DNA of 10,839 nucleotides from Candidatus Micrarchaeota archaeon (GTDB lineage Archaea > Micrarchaeota > Micrarchaeia > Anstonellales > Anstonellaceae): the NCBI GenBank assembly GCA_013331805.1, contig DUFS01000002.1, forward strand, positions 11,299 through 22,137. Reading direction: 5' to 3'. A model generated the notes under the pieces. The model saw nothing but the letters and a program-made list of their open reading frames with translations, made no database searches and was not told the DNA's origin. The position numbers were made by a program, and so were the translations under genes. Positions 1-6,991 of this stretch are shown in pieces (position 1 is the stretch's first letter; each line of letters starts with the position of its first letter).

Positions 1-61
1 CTGGAGCGGAAAAAAGGGTCCTCTGAGTCCTGCGCCTTTGACCAAGCTTGGCTATCCCTGC
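1..61 (-). tRNA. tRNA-Leu (apparent anticodon CAG), 5' exon (61..22) followed by a probable intron; the 3' part lies outside the window
   Basis: The reverse complement reads GCAGGGA-TA-GCC-AAGCTTGGTCAAA-GGC-G-CAGGA-CT-CAG-A. This gives an acceptor 5' strand, a Leu-type 3-bp D stem with a large D loop, the anticodon stem 5' strand, C32-U33 and CAG at 25..23. The expected 3' strand TCCTG does not follow; GGACCCTTTTTTCCGCTCCAG follows instead. Confidence 0.88.
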
Positions 62-112
62 AATTTTGCGAATTGCGGCCCAGTGCTCGGTGCGCCGAGC
101 AGTCGGGCCTGC
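60..112. other. Two adjacent stem-loops in the putative tRNA 5' leader
   Basis: GCAATT-TTGCG-AATTGC (60-76) and GGCCC-AG-TGCTCGG-TGCG-CCGAGCA-GTC-GGGCC (77-109, extendable to 75-112). Confidence 0.65.
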
Positions 113-137
113 TTGTGTGGGGAATAAGAAAGAAGCA

Positions 138-147
138 ATTTAAAAAT
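138..147 (-). promoter_or_regulatory. Candidate TATA box for the tRNA-Leu transcript
   Basis: ATTTTTAAAT on the minus strand, just downstream of the nitroreductase stop codon. Confidence 0.45.
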
Positions 148-153
148 CAGATG

Positions 154-723
154 TCATTCCTTGCCGCCGTAATGCCCGTAGTGGAGCAGGCTTTCCATGG
201 GCTTCCTGGATCTTTTGCGCGCTTTAGCTCCGGGCTTTTCATAGCCGAAGCACACAATCAGGGGGGCGGTGTCGCCGTCCTTGAGCTTCAGGGTGCGCTC
301 AGCAACATAGGCATTGACATTTAGGATCGCTGAGCCGATTCCCAAATCCGTAGCTTCCAGGACCATGTTCGAAGCCGGCATTGCAATTGAAAGATAAGCC
401 TCAAATACGCCTGGCTTGTCCCTGCGCGGGTAGCCGTACTGCCCCTCCCAATATTTTTTCTTGAGGACAATCGCCACCACAACCGGCGGCAGGCCCTTGA
501 AGTCCCCGAAGGTGTATATTCCGTAATAGGCTGACTTGAGAAGCGCCTCCTTAGCCTGGCTTTCCTTGACAATTACAAATTCCCAGGGCTGCAGGTTCAA
601 AAAAGAGGGAGCCCACCTTCCTGCTTCCAGTATTCTGAGAAGGTCGGCTTTGCTCACCTGTTTTGAAGAAAATTCGTGCGCGGTTTTCCTGCTTTGCGCA
701 AGGGAAAGGAAGCCTTTCGCCAT
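154..723 (-). CDS. Nitroreductase family (FMN-dependent) protein
   Basis: Nitroreductase motifs SRKTAHEF, ILEAGRWAPSFLNLQPWEFVIV, NMVLEATDLGIGS and CFGY. Start 723 (MAKGF) is preferred over 732 because TATATATT at 752..745 fits a leaderless start there. Confidence 0.92.
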   Translation of the reverse strand: MAKGFLSLAQSRKTAHEFSSKQVSKADLLRILEAGRWAPSFLNLQPWEFVIVKESQAKEALLKSAYYGIYTFGDFKGLPPVVVAIVLKKKYWEGQYGYPRRDKPGVFEAYLSIAMPASNMVLEATDLGIGSAILNVNAYVAERTLKLKDGDTAPLIVCFGYEKPGAKARKRSRKPMESLLHYGHYGGKE

Positions 724-744
724 GTAGCTCATCTTCTGGCTAGT

Positions 745-752
745 AATATATA
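745..752 (-). promoter_or_regulatory. TATA box of the nitroreductase gene
   Basis: TATATATT on the minus strand, about 22 nt upstream of ATG 723. Confidence 0.65.
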
Positions 753-754
753 GC

Positions 755-778
755 TTACTCGTATCTCAGCGCGTCAAC
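755..778 (-). repeat. Second copy of the permease 3' end (encodes VDALRYE-stop); direct repeat of 887-910
   Basis: On the + strand TTACTCGTATCTCAGCGCGTCAAC (755-778) matches CTACTCGTATCTCAGAGCGTCGAC (887-910) at 21/24 positions. All three mismatches are at third codon positions. Confidence 0.92.
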
Positions 779-886
779 CCCTAGGGGCAGAAGCCAACGC
801 AAGCTTCAGCATGGAGCGACGCATCGCTCCATGTCTGATGCATTTTCGGATCGCCGAAAATGCACATCCCCCTTATGGTTCACCCC
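779..886. other. 108-nt structured non-coding element (MITE/REP-like insertion or small RNA) between the duplicated gene ends
   Basis: Perfect stems CATGGAGCGA-CGCA-TCGCTCCATG (810-833) and TGCATTTTCGG-ATCG-CCGAAAATGCA (839-864), a small stem GAAGC/GCTTC (790-807), and closing pairs AGGGG/CCCCT (783-787/869-873). Confidence 0.7.
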
Positions 887-2101
887 CTACTCGTATCTCA
901 GAGCGTCGACTGGGTTCAGGGAAGATGCCATCCTGGCAGGCACGTAACCCGAGATGAGCCCGATCACGAATGCGAACATCACCCCGAACGCGCCTATTGC
1001 CAGGTTGATTGAGGTGGGCAGCCCGAACAGGTTGGCCGCAAGCCCAAGCCCATATCCGAGCAGCACGCCCGCAAGCCCGCCTATCGCCCCAACCGCACCG
1101 GCCTCGAAAACGAATATCCGCATAATTTCCCCCTTGGTGGCACCCACTGCCTTGAGCACCCCAATTTCGTGCGTGCGCTCAAAGACGCTTGTGAACATGT
1201 TGTTCGCGATTGAGAGCGCGCCGACCAGAAGGGAAATGCCTGCAATGGCGCCCAGGAACAGCGTTATCAGCGAAAGGACGCTGTCCACAGCCGATTGTAT
1301 TGATTTGGGGTCAACGACCGAGAAATCCTTGTCCTCCACCCGCAATTTGTGCGCCGAAGCGAGCTCGAGGGTGATCCTTTCCACCACGCTGTCCATGTCC
1401 GCCCCGTCCCGCACGTTCACGTCTATCTCGTTCACTTCCCTATCTGCCAGGCTGTCCCTGAAAAGCTCCTTGCCGTCATTGTACGAAATGAAAACGCCGT
1501 TGTCAAGGAAGGTGTTCGGCCCAAAGCCGCCGCCAGATTTCTTGAGCACCGCTATTATCGGGTATTTCTCCCCGTTGATGAGCAGGTAGGTGCCGATATT
1601 GAGCCTGTTTTTTGCGCCGAAAGCATCCTCTGCGAAGGTGCCGCCGACAGCAACCACCTTCCGGTCGTTGGCCTGCAGGAATCTCCCGTTTTCAATCTCG
1701 ATTGCTGACATTTTCTGGAACACGTCCGGGTCAATGCCCATGACCAGGGTGGTGATTTGCTTGTCCTTGTAGCCCACGGACGCCCTCCCATAGACAACGC
1801 GCGAGATGTCGGTGATTTCCGGGATGCGCTTGAGCCGCTCGGCATCGCTCTCAAACAGCTTTCCTGAGGATGGGGAGGTGAAGGGATTGGCGAACGGGTC
1901 TGTCGAGGGGGTTATGGATATGGTGTCCGAGCCCAGGGCGGACAGCTGCCTGTTCACCTCGGCATTGAAGCCCTCGCCGATGGTAAGGAGCGCCACCACC
2001 GAAGCTATGCCTATCACAATCCCCAGTATGGTCAGCCAGGAGCGCATCTGCCGGTGCTTGAGGCTTTCAAGCGAGTATTTGAATATGTCCATGAGCCTCA
2101 T
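887..2101 (-). CDS. ABC transporter permease, MacB/FtsX family (copy B)
   Basis: N-terminal RSWLTILGIVIGIASVVALL TM segment, a large extracytoplasmic domain, the FtsX motif SVFERTHEIGVLKAVGA, three C-terminal TM segments and PARMASSLNPVDALRYE. ATG lies 1 nt after the upstream gene's TGA. Confidence 0.96.
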   Translation of the reverse strand: MRLMDIFKYSLESLKHRQMRSWLTILGIVIGIASVVALLTIGEGFNAEVNRQLSALGSDTISITPSTDPFANPFTSPSSGKLFESDAERLKRIPEITDISRVVYGRASVGYKDKQITTLVMGIDPDVFQKMSAIEIENGRFLQANDRKVVAVGGTFAEDAFGAKNRLNIGTYLLINGEKYPIIAVLKKSGGGFGPNTFLDNGVFISYNDGKELFRDSLADREVNEIDVNVRDGADMDSVVERITLELASAHKLRVEDKDFSVVDPKSIQSAVDSVLSLITLFLGAIAGISLLVGALSIANNMFTSVFERTHEIGVLKAVGATKGEIMRIFVFEAGAVGAIGGLAGVLLGYGLGLAANLFGLPTSINLAIGAFGVMFAFVIGLISGYVPARMASSLNPVDALRYE

Positions 2102-2102
2102 G

Positions 2103-3323
2103 TCAATCGTACCTCAGTGCGTCGACCGGCGACAATTTTGCCGCATTCCTCGCAGGCACATAGCCCGAGGCAATGCCAATCAGAAATGCGAACAAGATCC
2201 CGAACAGCATGAGTGCCGGGTCCACAACAGCCGGCAGGCCGAATGCGCTTGCAGCGTATGCGACGATCATGCCTATCATCACACCTATCGCGCCGCCTAT
2301 GGCCCCCACAGCGCCGGCCTCGAAAACAAATATCCGCAGTATGTCGTTCTTGGTGGCGCCGACGGCCTTGAGCACGCCTATTTCGTGGGTCCGCTCGATC
2401 ACGCTGGTGAACATGCTGCTTGCAATGGCCAGCCCGCCAACCAGGAGTGATATGCCCGCGATTGCGCCCAGGAAAACGGTTATCATTGAAAGCACCGAGC
2501 TTACCGCATTTTGTATGCTTGCCGGGTCGACAACCGAATAGTCGCGGCTTTCGGGCTTGACCTTGTGGCTGGCGTCAAGCTCGCTTTTCAGCTTGTCCAC
2601 CACTTCGTTCATGTCCGACCCTTCGAATACACTCAGCACGATTGCCTGCACCTCGTTCGGGGCAAGGGTGCTTTTGAACATGTCGCGCGCCTCTGAGAAC
2701 GGTATGATTATGCTGCCGTCCGAGTTGCTGAAGCCAAAACCCCCGCCAGACTTTTCGAGTATCCCGATCACGCGGTACTTGATGCCCTTTATCAGTATGG
2801 CGCTGTTCACGCCAACAGTGTTCCTGCTTCCGAATGTGTCGTAGGCGATCTTGTTCCCGATCACCACCACGCGCCGGTCATTGTCCAGAAGGAAGCGGCC
2901 CGAGGCGATCTTCAAGGCGGTGGTTTTCTCAAATACTCCGGGCTCTATGCCCGTTATGCTCGCTGTGAGGTTCTTGTCCTTGAAGCCGACGGTTGCCCTG
3001 ATGGAAAGCAGCCTTGCCACCACAGAAACTTCCGGCACGCGCTTGATTCGCTCCGCATCCCGGTCGTAGAGCTTGCCTGCGCTTGGCGAGAATCCGCCGC
3101 CCCCGAACCCGCCCGACGACTCTGCAGACGGCGTTATGAAAATCGTGTTCGAGCCCAGCGCCGAGAGCTGCTGGTTGACCTGGTCATTGAAGCTCTGCCC
3201 GAGCGTGAGAAGGGAGATCACAGCTGCTATGCCTATCACGATTCCCAGTATGGTCAGCCAGGAGCGCATCTGCCGGTGCCGCAGGCTCTTGAGCGAATAC
3301 ATCACGATGTCGATGGATTTCAC
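2103..3323 (-). CDS. ABC transporter permease, MacB/FtsX family (copy A)
   Basis: Same architecture, with RSWLTILGIVIGIAAVISLL, SVIERTHEIGVLKAVGA and PARNAAKLSPVDALRYD. GTG start with GAGGTG RBS at 3334..3329. Confidence 0.96.
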   Translation of the reverse strand: MKSIDIVMYSLKSLRHRQMRSWLTILGIVIGIAAVISLLTLGQSFNDQVNQQLSALGSNTIFITPSAESSGGFGGGGFSPSAGKLYDRDAERIKRVPEVSVVARLLSIRATVGFKDKNLTASITGIEPGVFEKTTALKIASGRFLLDNDRRVVVIGNKIAYDTFGSRNTVGVNSAILIKGIKYRVIGILEKSGGGFGFSNSDGSIIIPFSEARDMFKSTLAPNEVQAIVLSVFEGSDMNEVVDKLKSELDASHKVKPESRDYSVVDPASIQNAVSSVLSMITVFLGAIAGISLLVGGLAIASSMFTSVIERTHEIGVLKAVGATKNDILRIFVFEAGAVGAIGGAIGVMIGMIVAYAASAFGLPAVVDPALMLFGILFAFLIGIASGYVPARNAAKLSPVDALRYD

Positions 3324-3366
3324 TCATGCACCTCGAAACAAGATCATATTGCCGAGCAAACGCTTC

Positions 3367-3397
3367 TGAGAAAACTATTTTACTTTAGGTTTTCTCA
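3367..3397. promoter_or_regulatory. 9-bp perfect inverted repeat in the intergenic region (operator or RNA hairpin)
   Basis: TGAGAAAAC-N13-GTTTTCTCA with an AT-rich spacer. Confidence 0.55.
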
Positions 3398-3407
3398 TCC
3401 GTTGAGC

Positions 3408-4925
3408 TCACTTCGCTCGCTCACCAGCTAATGAAGACTTGCCAGTCTTCCTCATTTTGAAGTACCAGTAGGCTGCACCTGCCAGCACAACAATCCCGAC
3501 AAGCATCAGGGTCCCGTTGCCATTGTCCTTCTGCACGCCCTCGCTTGCAGGCCTTATTGAAACTATGGTCTTCACTTCTTTCTCTATCCATATGCCTGAC
3601 TGGTCCTTGTAGCGCACCTTGAAGGCAAGCGGGTAATCCCCTGCTGCGATTGTGCTCTTCACCCTTATCTTGTACTGGACAGTGGAGAACGCGTCGTTGT
3701 CCAGGTTGCCTATGTACTGCTCTTTTTGTATGTTGAGTATGTCAAACGAAGGGCTGTCCTCGATTGCCACCACCACGTTCGCAATCTTGTAGGAGCCGAG
3801 GTTTGAGGTGGTAACCGAAAGCGTGTAATCCCCCCCCACGGCGAGAGGCGCAGGCTTCACTTCCAGGTAGATCCCGACTTCCGCATCCGAGCTTATCACG
3901 ATCGGCACGCTAAAAGCCTCCTCCTTTTCCACGTCGTCCTCCACCCACTTGACGTTGAAAGAGGTGCTCCTGACACCGGGCTGCTCATCGGCAAAAACCG
4001 GGACTTCGAACTCCTTTTCCTGCCCTGTTGCCAGGTTGCCAAGCGTAATCTGGCTGGATTCCCTTGCCTTAACTTTCTCATCCGTAAGAAGGACGCGGAA
4101 ATCGTCCAGTGCGCGCCCCCTGTTCCTGATTTTCATCTTCAGGATGTTGTCCTTGTTGGTCACAATTGGCTCTCCTTGCGTGAATGAGATGTCTGCCTTC
4201 TCCTTCTTTACGGCAACAGTCAGGTATTTCGTTTCGTTTGCCGTGTCCCCCCCTTCCTGCTGGTAGCTGATTACAAATGGTATCGTGTTCAGCCCCTCGG
4301 TGACCTTCCTCGAGTCAAGCGGCACCTGCACGACTGTTGTCTTTGCCAGGTCGCCCACGTATATTTGCGTGGTGCCCATGAAAGAGAAATTGGTGCCATC
4401 CGCAAGCTTTATCACGAATTTGCTCGCCGCCCCTCCGTTGTTCGTGATTGTCAGGTTTATCACGTCCGTGCTCAGTATGGTCTGGCGGTCTGACGAAAGG
4501 GTTATTATCGGCGGGTTGACCACCCTTATTATCGCATTCACGGTCTTCAGGTCGTTCTTGTCCTTCTGCGATATGAAAAACGAAGCAGTTATGACCCCGC
4601 TCTTTGCTGTGGGGAGCACGCGGAACGGCACTGAAACCAACGCCGAGCCGCCGCTGTCAATCGTGCCTATGGTAAACGGGCTTGCCGCCTTGAACTCGAT
4701 CCCGGTTGGGGCCGTATAGAAGACCTGCACGTCCTCAAGCGGGGCTATGGTGGTGGTCGCGGTGCTGGGCAGGACGTTTTTCACCGAGAAGGTCACCGAG
4801 CCCTCCTCCCCGGGCTTCAGCGTGGACGGCGTGACGGTGTACGTCTCGACCGACATCGCGGCATAAGACGCGCCCGCTGACAGGAGAAGCGCCATTGCCA
4901 TTAATATTATGCTCCAGGTTTTCAT
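3408..4925 (-). CDS. COG1361-like (S-layer family) secreted, C-terminally anchored protein
   Basis: Signal peptide MKTWSIILMAMALLLSAGASYA and repeated beta-rich Ig/CARDB-like units (PSTLKPGEEGSVTFSVKN, IGTIDSGGS, YIGNLDND, GDYPLAFKVRYKD). C-terminal TM helix followed by a basic tail. ATG 4925 has a GAGGTGA RBS at 4937..4931. The position between an ABC ATPase and MacB permeases is typical for this family. Confidence 0.85.
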   Translation of the reverse strand: MKTWSIILMAMALLLSAGASYAAMSVETYTVTPSTLKPGEEGSVTFSVKNVLPSTATTTIAPLEDVQVFYTAPTGIEFKAASPFTIGTIDSGGSALVSVPFRVLPTAKSGVITASFFISQKDKNDLKTVNAIIRVVNPPIITLSSDRQTILSTDVINLTITNNGGAASKFVIKLADGTNFSFMGTTQIYVGDLAKTTVVQVPLDSRKVTEGLNTIPFVISYQQEGGDTANETKYLTVAVKKEKADISFTQGEPIVTNKDNILKMKIRNRGRALDDFRVLLTDEKVKARESSQITLGNLATGQEKEFEVPVFADEQPGVRSTSFNVKWVEDDVEKEEAFSVPIVISSDAEVGIYLEVKPAPLAVGGDYTLSVTTSNLGSYKIANVVVAIEDSPSFDILNIQKEQYIGNLDNDAFSTVQYKIRVKSTIAAGDYPLAFKVRYKDQSGIWIEKEVKTIVSIRPASEGVQKDNGNGTLMLVGIVVLAGAAYWYFKMRKTGKSSLAGERAK

Positions 4926-4941
4926 ACAACTCACCTCGAAT

Positions 4942-5008
4942 ATTTCCATATGTTTTTGTATTGGAATTTCCATATTCCAATGCTGACAAAATTTATCGAA
5001 ATTTTATC
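4942..5008. promoter_or_regulatory. AT-rich intergenic region with inverted and direct repeats; candidate internal promoter/operator
   Basis: ATTGGAAT-N6-ATTCCAAT (4960-4981), ATTTCCATAT at 4942-4951 and 4966-4975, and AAATTT(T)ATC twice between about 4989 and 5008. Confidence 0.55.
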
Positions 5009-5019
5009 CTTGCATTTGC

Positions 5020-5706
5020 CTAAGATTTCACTATTTTCCCGTCAACTATCCTGATTGTCCTGTGGGTCATCTTCGTTATGCCCAAGTCATGCGTGACAAT
5101 TATTATCGTCTTGCCGCTCTCATGGAGGTCGTGGAACATCGTAAGCACGTCGTGCCCCGTCTTGGTGTCCAAATTTCCTGTCGGCTCGTCGGCGAATATT
5201 ATTTCCGGGTCGTTTATGAGCGCCCTGGCGATTGCCACCCTCTGCCTCTGCCCTCCTGAAAGCTGGTTCGGGTAGTGGAAAAGCCTCTGCTCCATTCCAA
5301 TGTTCTCCAGCGTTTTTCTCGCCTTTGCCTCGGCTTCCTCAGTGCTTGCCTCGTAAATCAGGGCGGGCAAGGTCACGTTTTCAAGCACCGTGAGGCTGGG
5401 AATGAGGTTGAACATCTGGAAAATGAACCCTATTTTCTTCCCCCGAAGCCGCGCGCGCTCGTTTTCGTTGAGCCTGTGCATCTCCATGTCGTCCAGGTAT
5501 ATTCTGCCGCTTGAGGGTTCGTCCAGCAGGCCGAGTATGTGCAGTAGGGTTGATTTGCCGCTTCCCGAGGGGCCGAGTATGCTTGAGAACTCGCCCCGGT
5601 TTATCACCAAGTCCACGTTGTTCAGGGCGTACAGCTTGTCCTCGCCCATGGGGTAAATCTTGCAAACCTTTTCCAGCTTTATGAGCTCGCCGTTTTTCCT
5701 TGCCAT
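5020..5706 (-). CDS. ABC transporter ATP-binding protein, LolD/MacB type
   Basis: Walker A GPSGSGKST, Q-loop GFIFQMFNL, signature LSGGQRQRVAIARAL, Walker B IIFADEPTGNLD and H-loop VTHD. Start 5706 (MARKNG, GGTG upstream) is preferred; 5718 and 5745 are alternatives. Confidence 0.97.
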   Translation of the reverse strand: MARKNGELIKLEKVCKIYPMGEDKLYALNNVDLVINRGEFSSILGPSGSGKSTLLHILGLLDEPSSGRIYLDDMEMHRLNENERARLRGKKIGFIFQMFNLIPSLTVLENVTLPALIYEASTEEAEAKARKTLENIGMEQRLFHYPNQLSGGQRQRVAIARALINDPEIIFADEPTGNLDTKTGHDVLTMFHDLHESGKTIIIVTHDLGITKMTHRTIRIVDGKIVKS

Positions 5707-5732
5707 TGCCGCACCCATCACAGCCCGTCGGC

Positions 5733-5789
5733 TATTATAATCCATTCTAAGCGCTTATCTTCGTGTATTTCCGCAGCATAACTTAAATT
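5733..5789. promoter_or_regulatory. Divergent promoter region
   Basis: TTATAA at 5735-5740 (for the minus-strand ABC operon) and CTTAAATT at 5782-5789, about 23 nt upstream of ATG 5812. Confidence 0.5.
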
Positions 5790-5811
5790 GCTTATCTTCC
5801 CCACTCTTTTC

Positions 5812-6921
5812 ATGGATCAAAAAGCCCTTGCGCAGCTCATTGACACAATACTCGCCCCGCAGAAAGGCGAGAGGCTCCTTTTCCTCACTGACTACCCTCC
5901 ATCACGCCCCAGCTCTTCCCAATACGGCAGGGCGGAGCTGCTTTCCCGCTGGTACAAGGCAGCGCTTCAGCTTTCAAACGAGAAAAACTTCCACCTGCTC
6001 CCAATAGCAAAATACCCTGAAACAGGCAAGAACAATGCCGAACTTCCAGAAAAGGCTTCCACGCACAACGGCGGGCATGTGGACGGCCTTGCCTCCCTGA
6101 TATCAAGCGCAAACATAGTCATAGCAATGAACCAGTACTCTGCAACCGCGCCTCTGCGGAACATTGCGGCAGCTTCACCCAACCTGCGGGTGATTTCAAT
6201 GCCGGGGGTGACAGCCGAAATGGAAGGGGCGATGTCCGCAGATTACCGCAAAATCGATGAGCGGGGAAAAAGGCTTTTTTCGGTAGTGAATGTCGCTGCC
6301 GGCTTTGAAATAGTATTTTCCGGATCAGGCATTCCTTATGGCACCAGGCTCCACATTGACACGCGCGCAAGCAACTGGGAGCTTGAGTCAGGCATGTGCC
6401 GCAACAAGGGCGATTTCATAAACTTTCCATCCGGCGAGCTTTTCACCCCCCCTTACGAAGGCGTTTCACCTGAAGGAAGGAGGGAGTTCGGCGACTCACA
6501 GACGCAGGGAACATGGCCTATTTATTCTCACAGCGACAAAAAAGTCGCATTCCTGAAAGTGGAGAAGAACAGGATCGTGCGCGTGCAGGGGGATTCGGCT
6601 GAGGCTGAAAAAATAATCGAAAACATCTCGCAGGACGAGAACAACGCAAACATCGCAGAGCTCGGATTAGGATTGAACGAAAAGGCAAGGAGCGGGGAGG
6701 AAGTTCCTGTGCTTGAGAAGGAAAAGGCAGGCCCTCACATAGCATACGGCAGGAACGACCACTTCGGCTCTCCAACTTCGCTTGCAGGAAAGGTGAAAGC
6801 CAGCCTGCACATTGACTATGTCTACACGCGGGACACGCCCATCACAGCCACAATACACGCGGTTTATCCCAATGGGCGGAGGATCCTCATAGCAGAGCGC
6901 GGGAAAATCGTGGCTGTCTGA
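5812..6921 (+). CDS. Aminopeptidase, peptidase family M29 (AmpS/AmpT-like thermophilic metalloprotease)
   Basis: Motifs NFPSGELF, IAELGLGLN, EKEKAGPHIAYG and SLHIDYV carry the Glu/His/Asp metal-ligand pattern of M29. ATG 5812 is preferred over TTG 5788, which overlaps the TATA-like box. Confidence 0.85.
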   Translation: MDQKALAQLIDTILAPQKGERLLFLTDYPPSRPSSSQYGRAELLSRWYKAALQLSNEKNFHLLPIAKYPETGKNNAELPEKASTHNGGHVDGLASLISSANIVIAMNQYSATAPLRNIAAASPNLRVISMPGVTAEMEGAMSADYRKIDERGKRLFSVVNVAAGFEIVFSGSGIPYGTRLHIDTRASNWELESGMCRNKGDFINFPSGELFTPPYEGVSPEGRREFGDSQTQGTWPIYSHSDKKVAFLKVEKNRIVRVQGDSAEAEKIIENISQDENNANIAELGLGLNEKARSGEEVPVLEKEKAGPHIAYGRNDHFGSPTSLAGKVKASLHIDYVYTRDTPITATIHAVYPNGRRILIAERGKIVAV

Positions 6922-6991
6922 CCTGCAGCGGCAAAGGGAGGCAATAGTAATAAAACAACTTCAGCCAATCTTATATGCCGGGTGTTTTCAG

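Noticed and set aside
62..120. Permuted tRNA (3' half located upstream of the 5' half)
   Set aside because: The upstream region has no T-loop consensus (GTTCRAATC) and no TCCCTGC acceptor 3' strand.
773..790. GTCAAC-CCC resembling an IS200/IS605 (IscB-type) element end
   Set aside because: GTCAAC is fully explained by the Val-Asp codons of the duplicated gene end, and there is no IscB, TnpB or TnpA ORF in the window.
776..886. BHB-type mRNA intron, tRNA, or CRISPR mini-array
   Set aside because: The terminal pairing gives an internal loop rather than two 3-nt bulges around a 4-bp helix, and there is no tRNA consensus. Two coding-derived repeats 108 nt apart with no cas genes do not fit CRISPR.
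755..889. TAG read-through (pyrrolysine/PYLIS-like) from the permease into the in-frame second VDALRYE copy
   Set aside because: The copies are in frame (132 nt apart), but an in-frame TGA at 808..806 interrupts the extension, and the intervening peptide does not look protein-like.
3408..3520. Archaeosortase (PGF-CTERM-type) sorting signal on the COG1361-like protein
   Set aside because: A TM helix and basic tail are present, but no PGF/PEF-type motif precedes them.
4926..4973. Longer N-terminus (start 4973) for the COG1361-like protein
   Set aside because: A strong GAGGTGA RBS and a proper signal peptide support the start at 4925.
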